A stretch of 45,713 nucleotides of DNA from a virus. The notes below the pieces were generated by a model that worked only from the letters and a program-made list of their open reading frames with translations, was not told the DNA's origin and did no database searches. Each line of letters begins with the position of its first letter. Positions within the stretch are counted from its first letter, which is position 1. Shown piece after piece: positions 1 to 7,683 of the stretch. The stretch is taken from UHGV virus genome UHGV-0265688, one strand, 5' to 3'. Made by a program: the position numbers and the translations under genes.

Positions 1-393
1 GAAATGCAAGCCCTTGGTTCGTCTATCACATATATGCGCCGCTACCTCTACATGATGGCACTGGACATTTGCGAGAGTGATTCCATTGACGCAAACGCTG
101 GCAAGCCGGTGTCTGCTCCCGCTCCTGCGGAAGCCGCACCAAAAGCACCTGCCACCCCTCAACAGCGTCAGGAAGTTAAAGAAGAACTGACTGCCCCTGC
201 TGATAATGCCACCACCTTGCAGATTAAGGGTCTCAAGAGTGTTCTCAAGAAGCTCAAGGACGCTGACCCCACTAAGGAAGAAATGATTGCTCAGATTGCG
301 GTGCAGACAAAGGGGTTCACTGAGATCAGCAAGTCTGACTGCGAAGCTCTGATTACCAGAATCACCACCATGTTGGAAGGAGGACAGGAGTAA
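1..393 (+). CDS. Hypothetical phage protein, 5'-truncated at the window edge. Possibly the C-terminal part of a single-strand annealing / recombination protein preceding the YqaJ exonuclease.
   Basis: Open frame from nt 1 (gaa atg in frame). Pro/Ala-rich linker then a helical tail. Position immediately upstream of YqaJ-like exonuclease. Confidence 0.4.
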   Translation, partial: EMQALGSSITYMRRYLYMMALDICESDSIDANAGKPVSAPAPAEAAPKAPATPQQRQEVKEELTAPADNATTLQIKGLKSVLKKLKDADPTKEEMIAQIAVQTKGFTEISKSDCEALITRITTMLEGGQE

Positions 394-767
394 TGAAGAA
401 AGCTATGTTATCTCAGCCTATGGCTGGAAAAACCGATGAAGAAATCATTGCAACCAGAGAAAAAGCAATCAAAGTTTTGGAAAGCAAAGGATATGAGCTT
501 GTAAACACTCTGTTTACAGATGAGCGGTACAACAAAGAAAACATGGAACAGCGTGGTGTTGTTCAGATTCCACTTTGCTTCCTTGCAAAATCTCTGGAAA
601 ACATGAGTCTGTGTCATGCCGCTTACTTCTGCAAAGGATGGGAAAAAGCTCGTGGGTGCAGAATCGAGCATGAAGCCGCTTGTGCTTATGGACTCACTGT
701 AATTTATGAAGATGGTTATAACATCTTAAATGAAGCGGAAGGAGGTCTGAAAGATGGCGAATATTAA
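393..767 (+). CDS. DUF4406-like small phage protein (nucleoside deoxyribosyltransferase-like fold)
   Basis: ATGA overlap with the upstream stop. N-terminus MKKAMLSQPMAGKTDEE resembles DUF4406 family openings. Weak recollection only. Confidence 0.35.
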   Translation: MKKAMLSQPMAGKTDEEIIATREKAIKVLESKGYELVNTLFTDERYNKENMEQRGVVQIPLCFLAKSLENMSLCHAAYFCKGWEKARGCRIEHEAACAYGLTVIYEDGYNILNEAEGGLKDGEY

Positions 768-1785
768 ATGGCTTGACTCTAACCAGATTCAGATTACACC
801 GCCGAAGCGCACCAAGAAAGTGACCGGCACCCGGTTTGCGACCATTCTCGGTCTGAATCCTTGGTCTACTCCTTTTGAAATGTGGTGCGCCATTACCAAG
901 ACCTATGAGAAGCCCTTCGAGGACACCATCTATACCGCCGCTGGTAAGGCCATTGAGCCGAAACAGGCTGAGTATATGAAGAAATCCTACGGCATGGATT
1001 TGATTACTCCTACCGACCGTTACGGTGAGGATTACTTCAACAAGACTTGGGGAGATTTCTTCCCTGAGAATCCGCACTTTGGCGGTATGTGGGACTACCT
1101 TGGAGTAGACGAGGAGGGCAAGGTCGATACCGTCCTCGAAATGAAAACCACCAAACGCATTGAGGACTGGCAGAATGACGCTCCCGAATACTACGCTTTA
1201 CAGGCGGCTCTCTACGCTTATCTTCTCGGAGTGGACAATGTAATCATGGTGGCTTCCTTCCTTGAGGAGAAGGACTACACAGACCCCTCCAAGTATGTTC
1301 CCAACATCAAGAATACCATTACGGTGGAGTTTAAGGTGTCCGAGCGTTACCCGGATTTTGCGAGAATGGTAGCCGAGGTAGAGTCTTGGTGGGGCGAGTA
1401 TGTGGCTGGTGGTGTTTCCCCTGTCTATGACGAGAAGAAGGACGCTGAGATTTTGGCGGCTCTGCGTACTCACAATCTCACCCCCGACACCGACATCAAC
1501 GCTCTCATTAAGGAAGCAGAAGGTCTCAAGGCAGAGGTGGACAAGGCCACTTCCGCAATCGCTGACAAGGAGAAGCGTCTGAAAGAGGTCAACGACATCA
1601 TCAAGGAACACGCTATGAAACAGTTCCGGGACGGTGACAAAAAGGTGGAGATTAAGGGGTCTGCCTACACATGGACGGTCTCTCGCTCTGAAACCACTAC
1701 GATAGACAAAAAGGCACTGGAAGCTGACGGTCTGCTTGAGAAGTACCAGAAGAAATCTGAGCAGTACCGCATGACTGTGAAATAA
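754..1785 (+). CDS. YqaJ-like viral recombinase exonuclease (lambda Exo-type, PD-(D/E)XK)
   Basis: Motifs TGTRFATILGLNPWSTPFEMW and EMKT typical of YqaJ domain. RBS GGAAGGAGG upstream. C-terminal coiled-coil extension. Confidence 0.7.
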   Translation: MANIKWLDSNQIQITPPKRTKKVTGTRFATILGLNPWSTPFEMWCAITKTYEKPFEDTIYTAAGKAIEPKQAEYMKKSYGMDLITPTDRYGEDYFNKTWGDFFPENPHFGGMWDYLGVDEEGKVDTVLEMKTTKRIEDWQNDAPEYYALQAALYAYLLGVDNVIMVASFLEEKDYTDPSKYVPNIKNTITVEFKVSERYPDFARMVAEVESWWGEYVAGGVSPVYDEKKDAEILAALRTHNLTPDTDINALIKEAEGLKAEVDKATSAIADKEKRLKEVNDIIKEHAMKQFRDGDKKVEIKGSAYTWTVSRSETTTIDKKALEADGLLEKYQKKSEQYRMTVK

Positions 1786-1799
1786 GGAGGATTTTCACC

Positions 1800-2276
1800 A
1801 TGAAATTTCAGAAATTTGTAAAGGCTCTTGGTTCTGACGGTATCGTCTACAATCGCAAGAACGGCGAACGCTGGCTCGCTTCCGACAAGGTATTTATGAA
1901 AATCCCTGAGGATATTCGTAGCGTCACCTGCACCGAGGTTGCCGATATGCCCGAATTTGTAGAGAACATCATCAATTACGACAGCTTCACCGACCCCTGT
2001 GACCTCCACAAGGCTGTCATGCCGTATGCCGATGGCGTTATCAAGGATTGCGTTCGTATCTACGCTACGGAGGGCGCACAGAACAAGGTCGCAATCGACA
2101 ATAGTGCCTACGCCCTCATTGAGCGAAAAGACATCGTGGAAATGTTTGTCAAGTTCAACGCCGAGGAGGAAACCAGCGAGGGCAAGGCTCTGGTCATCAA
2201 GCGTCCTGCGAAGTTCTCCTCTGCTGAGGACGAGGAAGTACTTGGTCTGATTTTCCCGACCGATTATGAGGAATAA
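1800..2276 (+). CDS. hypothetical protein
   Basis: Complete ORF with RBS AAGGAGGA 7 nt upstream of ATG. Confidence 0.5.
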   Translation: MKFQKFVKALGSDGIVYNRKNGERWLASDKVFMKIPEDIRSVTCTEVADMPEFVENIINYDSFTDPCDLHKAVMPYADGVIKDCVRIYATEGAQNKVAIDNSAYALIERKDIVEMFVKFNAEEETSEGKALVIKRPAKFSSAEDEEVLGLIFPTDYEE

Positions 2277-2286
2277 GGAGGACGCT

Positions 2287-2388
2287 ATGTATATTGACCC
2301 TTTCGTTGCCGGTGTAATCACCACTATTCTGGTGGAATTGGTGTTGATTGTCGGCTACGCCATGTATGTGAGTTCTAAGAAGAAATAA
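2287..2388 (+). CDS. 33-aa hydrophobic membrane peptide (MYIDPFVAGVITTILVELVLIVGYAMYVSSKKK)
   Basis: Strong RBS AAGGAGGA 5 nt before ATG 2287. Single transmembrane helix with basic tail. Below the ORF-track size cutoff. Confidence 0.3.
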   Translation: MYIDPFVAGVITTILVELVLIVGYAMYVSSKKK

Positions 2389-2402
2389 GGAGGATAAAGA
2401 CA

Positions 2403-2639
2403 ATGGCAAGCAAAACCAAAGCTCAGTTGGAGCAGGAAATTAAAAACAGCCGTGAGCAGATCGAGTGTCTGAAATTAGAGCTGGCAAAGGCAAACCGTGT
2501 TGAAACGAAGAACGATGCCGCACAAGAGCTTTATGAGATGTATGAAGCCTATACAAAAGCCGGTTTCACTGAGGAACAGGCTTGGGAGCTTATGAAAATC
2601 ATTGTGAACAATGGCACAACAAAGCGTGGCCTGTTTTAA
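2403..2639 (+). CDS. hypothetical coiled-coil protein
   Basis: RBS AAGGAGGATAAAGACA then ATG. The 24-bp RBS-start block is duplicated at 2638-2661. Confidence 0.45.
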   Translation: MASKTKAQLEQEIKNSREQIECLKLELAKANRVETKNDAAQELYEMYEAYTKAGFTEEQAWELMKIIVNNGTTKRGLF

Positions 2640-2653
2640 GGAGGATAAAGACA

Positions 2654-3187
2654 ATGGCAAGAATCCCTATGACAAGCGGGTTTACTCTCATTCCCGAAGG
2701 AACCTATGTGTTCCGAGTATATGGTGCGACCTATGACGAGGAGTTTGGCAAGATCGAGGTAAAGCTGGTGAACGCCGCTGGTATGACCCACACCGAGCGT
2801 TTTTCCATCAAAGACAAGAATGACGAGCTGAATGAAAAGGCTCTGAACGCTTTCTCCTACTTTGCCAAAACGGTAATGGGTGATTACACCTTGGAGGACA
2901 TTGACCCCTCTGAGCTTATCGACCACTTCATCTGCGCCGAGGTCGTTCACACTAAGCTCCCGTCCAACAAAGACCCCAACAAGATGGTTACTTTCGCCAA
3001 TTTTGGTGACAAGTCCCCGGCAGAATACTTCGACACTGAGCCTGTCGCTCGTGCGCTGACGCTTGGCAAAGAGGGGGCTACTGCTCCTGCTACCCCTAAA
3101 GCCACTGCCGCTCCTACCCCCTCTCCCACTCCTGCGGCGCAACCCGCAAGGGGGCTTGACCTTGACGCACTGCTCGGCGGTCTGTAA
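2654..3187 (+). CDS. DUF669-like phage protein (possible ssDNA-binding protein) with Pro/Ala/Thr-rich C-terminal tail
   Basis: Start ATG 2654 after the duplicated RBS AAGGAGGATAAAGACA. N-terminal beta-rich core TLIPEGTYVFRVYGATYDEEFGKIEVKL. Location in the recombination module. Confidence 0.4.
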   Translation: MARIPMTSGFTLIPEGTYVFRVYGATYDEEFGKIEVKLVNAAGMTHTERFSIKDKNDELNEKALNAFSYFAKTVMGDYTLEDIDPSELIDHFICAEVVHTKLPSNKDPNKMVTFANFGDKSPAEYFDTEPVARALTLGKEGATAPATPKATAAPTPSPTPAAQPARGLDLDALLGGL

Positions 3188-3189
3188 GC

Positions 3190-3390
3190 GTGGGCATAAA
3201 GTGTTGCAAAGATTGTGTAGCACCTAAACGCCATGCGGGTTGTCACGCCACTTGCGCCGAATACCTCTCCGAGAAGAAAGCACACGATGAACTCAGGGAG
3301 AAAGAGCGCAAGTGGCGTGAAGCCGCAAATAGTTTGTATGTGCAAAGGTCAAAAGGTGTTCAGAGGGCTTTGCGGAGCAGGAGGAAATGA
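3190..3390 (+). CDS. small Cys-rich, basic protein (CC-x2-C...C-x3-C, putative zinc ribbon)
   Basis: GTG start, no clear RBS. Four Cys in the first 25 aa, lysine/arginine-rich tail. Stop is 1 nt before the next start. Confidence 0.3.
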   Translation: MGIKCCKDCVAPKRHAGCHATCAEYLSEKKAHDELREKERKWREAANSLYVQRSKGVQRALRSRRK

Positions 3391-3391
3391 A

Positions 3392-3679
3392 ATGGAGATT
3401 GCTAAGGACGATAAAGGGAAAGCCAAGCTGTCCCTTGTCCCTGTTCAAATTATCCGTGATATTGCGGTTGTCCGGGAGTATGGAACGGAAAAATACCATG
3501 ACCCGGATAATTGGAGGAAAGTCGAACTGCAACGGTATGTAGACGCTTTTTACCGCCACTGGCTTTCCTTCGTTGAAGATCACCGCTCAAAGGACGCTGA
3601 GAGCGGTATCGAACATTATAAGCACATGGCCTGTAATATGGCGTTTATCTGTGAACTGATGAAGGAGGGAGACCAATGA
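3392..3679 (+). CDS. dATP/dGTP pyrophosphohydrolase N-terminal domain-like protein
   Basis: RBS GGAGCAGGAGGAAATGAA then ATG 3392. Sequence KLSLVPVQIIRDIAVVREYGTEKYHDPDNWRKV resembles phage dNTP diphosphohydrolase N-domain. Memory-based. Confidence 0.35.
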   Translation: MEIAKDDKGKAKLSLVPVQIIRDIAVVREYGTEKYHDPDNWRKVELQRYVDAFYRHWLSFVEDHRSKDAESGIEHYKHMACNMAFICELMKEGDQ

Positions 3680-4248
3680 CAGAACGGGAAAGATTGCAGT
3701 TATTTGAAGCCGCTGGTCTTGATAAGATTATCTCTCAGGACTTCAAAACCTATCTGCTGGCGAATGGGTTCTTCCGCTCCCCGGCAAGCACAAAATACCA
3801 TGGAGCTTACGAGGGAGGGCTGTTCGACCATTCTCTGATGGTGATGAACTCTCTGGTAGACCTGTCTGCGAAGAATGGTCTGAAATGGCAGAGAGCCGAA
3901 AGCCCCTTCATCGTAGGTATGTTCCATGACCTATGTAAAATCGACCAGTACCGTCACCCGGTTAAAGAAATCATTGCAGATTGGTATGGGGAGTGTCCTG
4001 TCTATGACGAACAGGCGTGGGAATACAACCCCGACACTGCTATCAAAGGACATGGTGACAAGTCGGTCATTCTTCTCTCTCAGTACATGACGCTGACCGA
4101 GGAGGAAGTCATGTGCGTTCTTCATCACATGGGTGCTTTCACCGACCGGGAACATTGGCGTGAGTTCACCAATGCTGTACAGAGATTCCCGAATGTGCTC
4201 TGGACGCACCATGCGGATATGATCGCTTCCCATGTGGTAGGTGTCTGA
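3676..4248 (+). CDS. HD-domain phosphohydrolase
   Basis: H..HGAYEGGLFDHSL then MFHDLCK motifs (HD metal ligands). ATGA overlap with upstream gene. Confidence 0.65.
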   Translation: MTERERLQLFEAAGLDKIISQDFKTYLLANGFFRSPASTKYHGAYEGGLFDHSLMVMNSLVDLSAKNGLKWQRAESPFIVGMFHDLCKIDQYRHPVKEIIADWYGECPVYDEQAWEYNPDTAIKGHGDKSVILLSQYMTLTEEEVMCVLHHMGAFTDREHWREFTNAVQRFPNVLWTHHADMIASHVVGV

Positions 4249-4585
4249 TATGCCGGTTTTCAAAAGAAACAGGGGTCGTATCTTCGGAGTACAGTTCAGC
4301 GCAAAGGAACAGAAAGCCATAGACGCTGAGATTCTTCGCCAATGCGCCGAGTTCGACAAAAAGAATGAGCATGAAATGGACGCTCTGATTTTATGGCTAC
4401 TCCATGAAAAGTTCGGTTTTGGAAAGAAACGCTTACGGGCTTTTTACGACAGCTTTTCCACCGAACTGGACGCTCTTGTGAAGCGGTATGAAATGGGTGA
4501 CGAGGACAAAGCGTGGCTGTGTGCTTACAAATTAAAACAATACGGCATTGACATTGCCGAATGGAATGAGGAGGTCAGAGAATGA
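4241..4585 (+). CDS. hypothetical protein
   Basis: Complete ORF, overlapping start/stop with neighbours (operon). Confidence 0.45.
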   Translation: MSDMPVFKRNRGRIFGVQFSAKEQKAIDAEILRQCAEFDKKNEHEMDALILWLLHEKFGFGKKRLRAFYDSFSTELDALVKRYEMGDEDKAWLCAYKLKQYGIDIAEWNEEVRE

Positions 4586-4812
4586 ATTACAGGCTGAAAA
4601 ATACGAACGGAAAGGTGACTTTCCTGCTTCGCACTGGAAAAGACTTGGTGAAAAACCAGATGGCGATTGCGTCTGCCCAGCACATCATTGACCATGGGAA
4701 GCTGCTGAAATCGGATGTCAGCGGCTACCCCATCAACATCGACAACAAATGGTACTTTGAGGGCGAGGTTTCCAAGAGGACAGCTCCCCGCAAAGCGGAG
4801 GGTGAAGAATGA
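4582..4812 (+). CDS. hypothetical protein
   Basis: ATGA-coupled ORF. Confidence 0.4.
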   Translation: MNYRLKNTNGKVTFLLRTGKDLVKNQMAIASAQHIIDHGKLLKSDVSGYPINIDNKWYFEGEVSKRTAPRKAEGEE

Positions 4813-5102
4813 GGACATACTACTCTGACTATATCCAGCACTGCATGAGATTTTATGCCAGACACCCTAACCCGAAGTTTCGTTCTGACGCTGATAAGCA
4901 GAACTGGTACGCCTGTGAACACGCTCTAAAGGGTTTCGCTGACGCTGACAGGGACATTCTGCTGTTTATCTACCGGGAGGGTGATACCATTCCTGATAAT
5001 GTTTACAGGGTGTCTGTGCAGAAAAACATCAAGCAGGACAAGATTTGGGCTTTGGTAAACGAGTTGGAGCGCAAAATTGCAAAAAGGAGGAGCCTGATTT
5101 GA
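4809..5102 (+). CDS. hypothetical protein
   Basis: ATGA-coupled ORF. Its stop TGA overlaps the TTG start of the primase. Confidence 0.4.
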   Translation: MRTYYSDYIQHCMRFYARHPNPKFRSDADKQNWYACEHALKGFADADRDILLFIYREGDTIPDNVYRVSVQKNIKQDKIWALVNELERKIAKRRSLI

Positions 5103-5887
5103 CACGATACGAGAACATACCCGAAGAATTGAAAAGGTTGAATCAATGGGTCTGTACTCGCAGTGACAGCAAGGTTCCGATGAAAGCGTTTGAGCGGGAA
5201 GCCGCTTCCTCCACCAATCCAGAAACATGGTCTTCCTTCGACACGGCTCTCAAGGCTGTGTCGGAGGGACACTATGACTACTGCGGGTTCGTCTTTAACG
5301 ACAATGGTTATGTGGGAATTGACATAGACGATGGCTACGATCAGGACGGGTTTCTGTCCCCGCTGGCGGCTGAAATCATAGGGTTGTGTGAAAGCTACAC
5401 CGAGAAGTCCAAGAGCGGTAGGGGCTTTCACATTCTCCTTAAAGGGACACTCCCTTTTAAGGGAAAAAACAACCTCGCAGGAGTGGAGATTTACAAGGCG
5501 GCTCGGTACTTCATCATGACTGGCGATACGCTCTTATATGACACCATTGAGGAAGACCAAGGTGCGATTGACTATGTGATAGAGAAGTTCTTTCCCGAAA
5601 CCAGAGAGGAAAAAGACGGGGAGCGGTACGGAGGTCGGATTTATTCACCGATATGGGCATGGCCTGAGAACAACCGAATCAAACTTCGTCCCGTTTATCC
5701 CCGGATTCCAGACGGGAGCAGAAATATCTGTCTGACCTCGCTGGCGGGTATGTTACACAATCAGGGTTACAGCAAGCAACAGATTTACGATGAACTTCTG
5801 TATGCGAACATGGTAGCCTGTGACCCGCCCCTTGACCGAAATGAGATTAGAACTATCTGCAACAGCGTCACCCGATACAAAAGATAG
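5099..5887 (+). CDS. DNA primase, prim-pol (bifunctional primase/polymerase N-domain) plus PriCT_1 C-terminal domain
   Basis: TTG start 5099, 6 nt after AAGGAGGAG, TTGA-coupled to the previous stop. Motifs GFVFNDNGYVGIDIDDG, SKSGRGFHIL, GVEIY..RYFIMTG (prim-pol). GSRNICLTSLAGML (PriCT_1). The track's TTG 5045 start lacks an RBS. Confidence 0.6.
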   Translation: MTRYENIPEELKRLNQWVCTRSDSKVPMKAFEREAASSTNPETWSSFDTALKAVSEGHYDYCGFVFNDNGYVGIDIDDGYDQDGFLSPLAAEIIGLCESYTEKSKSGRGFHILLKGTLPFKGKNNLAGVEIYKAARYFIMTGDTLLYDTIEEDQGAIDYVIEKFFPETREEKDGERYGGRIYSPIWAWPENNRIKLRPVYPRIPDGSRNICLTSLAGMLHNQGYSKQQIYDELLYANMVACDPPLDRNEIRTICNSVTRYKR

Positions 5888-5926
5888 GATATAACACGAA
5901 AAAGATAAAAATTATTCCCACAAGGG

Positions 5927-5955
5927 TTGACAAACAATCTTTTTCGTGTTATTAT
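5927..5955 (+). promoter_or_regulatory. sigma70-type promoter TTGACA-N17-TATTAT driving the mazF-dam-thyX block
   Basis: TTGACA 5927-5932, 17-nt spacer, TATTAT 5950-5955, in a 120-bp AT-rich gap. Flanking sequence is homologous to the promoter region at 11395-11500. Confidence 0.55.
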
Positions 5956-6006
5956 CTAATCACAAAAGGACAATAAATTGTCTTAATTAGATTGGGAGGT
6001 AATTTT

Positions 6007-6474
6007 ATGGTTCAAGAATATTGCCGGGGAGACATTTTCTTCATCACAGAAGGTACATACACTGGCTCGGAGCAGAGCGGCGGCAGACCCGGTGTTATCG
6101 TCTCGAACGATCTCGGCAACAAGCACTCGCCCAATGTTGAGGTTGTATTCCTCACCTCACGAGAAAAGAAGCCCATGCCGACCCATGTAGAGGTGCTGTG
6201 CAAAGTTCCGTCTACTGCGCTCTGCGAGAACATTCAGACGGTCTCAAAAGAGCGACTGGACACTTTTATCCGCTCTTGCACTACGAGTGAAATGAAGAAC
6301 ATCGACCATGCGCTCCTGTGTTCGCTCGGTCTTCACGCTCCTGCGGCTGTCGGGGGGGGGACTCAGGTTTCCGCTTCTCCTTCGACAGAGGTTTCAAAGG
6401 CCGAAATCGAGCGGGATTTGTTCAAGAATTTGTATGAACAGCTTTTAGACAAAGTGATGGTGAATAAACCTTGA
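6007..6474 (+). CDS. mazF: MazF/PemK/EndoA-family endoribonuclease toxin with ~45-aa C-terminal extension. No adjacent antitoxin.
   Basis: ATG 6007 after GGGAGGTAATTTT. GDIFFI...GSEQSGGRPGVIVSNDLGNKHSPNVEVVFLTS...PTHVEV...IQTVSKERLDTF closely parallels B. subtilis EndoA/NdoA. Extension begins at a G9 tract (6352-6360). Confidence 0.75.
   Translation: MVQEYCRGDIFFITEGTYTGSEQSGGRPGVIVSNDLGNKHSPNVEVVFLTSREKKPMPTHVEVLCKVPSTALCENIQTVSKERLDTFIRSCTTSEMKNIDHALLCSLGLHAPAAVGGGTQVSASPSTEVSKAEIERDLFKNLYEQLLDKVMVNKP
6352..6360 (+). repeat. G9 homopolymer at the junction of the MazF domain and its C-terminal extension
   Basis: ggg ggg ggg encodes GGG in AAVGGGTQ. Long mononucleotide tract. Candidate slipped-strand or sequencing-error hotspot. 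Confidence 0.6.
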
Positions 6475-6485
6475 ACACTGATGTA

Positions 6486-6936
6486 ATGTTTAGTAGCAAA
6501 ACCGATGATTGGGCAACACCACAAGATTTCTTTGACAAATTGGATTTAGAATTTCAGTTCACACTCGACCCATGCGCCGATCTTCATAACCACAAGTGCG
6601 CTCGGTATTACAACCGGGAGCAGGACGGTCTATCTCATGATTGGGGGGGAACGAGTATTCTGCAATCCCCCATACGGAAAAGAAATCGCAAAATGGGTTC
6701 AAAAATCTTTTGAGGAAAGTCGTAAGAAAAACACGCTCGTGGTTATGCTCATTCCAGCAAGAACTGACACAAAGTATTTTCACGACTTCATATACGGGAA
6801 GGCCGAGATAAGATTCATTCGTGGGCGGTTAAAGTTTGGAAATGCGAAAACCGCCGCTCCCTTCCCCTCCATGGTCGTGATATTCAGAAATGAGGAGGAT
6901 TCCAATGACAGTAACACTCATACAGGCAACGCCTGA
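6486..6936 (+). CDS. dam: Phage Dam-type DNA N6-adenine methyltransferase, interrupted by a frameshift at a G7 tract (6643-6649). Intact ~155-aa reading frame if the tract were G6.
   Basis: Frame A: MFSSKTDDWATPQDFFDKLDLEFQFTLDPCA...SHDWGG. Frame B (+1): ERVFCNPPYGKEIAKWV...LVVMLIPARTDTKYFHDF. NPPY catalytic motif. Removing one G yields SHDWGERVFCNPPYG. Start could also be TTG 6471. Confidence 0.6.
6643..6649 (+). repeat. G7 homopolymer at the dam frameshift point
   Basis: ttggggggga. The two halves of the methyltransferase are in frames 0 and +1 on either side. Confidence 0.6.
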
Positions 6937-7525
6937 CCCCATCGAAACCATTGCGAAAATCGCAAGTATCTGCTATGACAGCGACCCCAAGAACCCGCTC
7001 GGACTGGTGAAACACCTGTACCGCAATGGACATCACAGTGTCTTTGAACACATCTATTTTACCTTCAAAATCGAGGGTATCTCTCGTGCCTGTTCTCACC
7101 AGCTCGTGCGGCACCGGCACTGTAGTTTCACTCAGAGGTCTCAGAGGTACTGTTCCGAGGACGGTTTCAAAGTCGTGTGTCCCGGCACTGTCGTTGCCAT
7201 GGGTGGGCAGTATGACTACGGAGCCGTAGTGAATCGTATCTCAGAGTTTTACGAAGAAGCTCAACAAGTCGGTATTCCCAACGAGGACGCAAGGTACATT
7301 CTCCCCAACGCCTGTGAGACCTCGATGTATCTCTCCTGCAACTTGAGAGAGCTTATTCACATGGCGAACGAGCGACTGTGCATGAGAGCGCAGTGGGAAA
7401 TCCGGGAGCTGGTACAACAGATGGTCTACTGTGTGAACGCTGACCTGTGGTTCATGCTGGTTCCCAAGTGTAAGAGCGGTCGTATTATCTGCAATGACCC
7501 CTGTGGGAAAGTAGGTGCTTTGTGA
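6905..7525 (+). CDS. thyX: Flavin-dependent thymidylate synthase ThyX
   Basis: RBS GAGGAGGA then ATG 6905. HHSVFEH and the RHR...S..Q.SQRY ThyX signature (QLVRHRHCSFTQRSQRY). Start overlaps the dam 3' end. Confidence 0.8.
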   Translation: MTVTLIQATPDPIETIAKIASICYDSDPKNPLGLVKHLYRNGHHSVFEHIYFTFKIEGISRACSHQLVRHRHCSFTQRSQRYCSEDGFKVVCPGTVVAMGGQYDYGAVVNRISEFYEEAQQVGIPNEDARYILPNACETSMYLSCNLRELIHMANERLCMRAQWEIRELVQQMVYCVNADLWFMLVPKCKSGRIICNDPCGKVGAL

Positions 7526-7683
7526 TGGACGAAGGCAATAAAATCTGCCCTCTCTTTTACGCTTCTTCGGAGTGTAACACTCTAAAGGCTTGTGAGTGCC
7601 AGAAAGAGAGATGCGCATGGTGGGTTGAGGATAAACAGAAATGCGCTATTGCAGTAGGAGGTGAACGCAGTCGTGGCAAGTGA
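7525..7683 (+). CDS. 52-aa Cys-rich small protein (MDEGNKICPLFYASSECNTLKACECQKERCAWWVEDKQKCAI...)
   Basis: ATG overlaps the thyX stop (TGATGG). Seven Cys. Below the ORF-track cutoff. 3' end overlaps the primase-helicase start region. Confidence 0.3.
   Translation: MDEGNKICPLFYASSECNTLKACECQKERCAWWVEDKQKCAIAVGGERSRGK

Noticed and set aside
6637-6670. dam frameshift as programmed +1 translational frameshifting
   Set aside because: No known +1 PRF context (no rare codon or shifty stop). The site is a plain G7 homopolymer, so DNA-level slippage or sequencing error is far more parsimonious.
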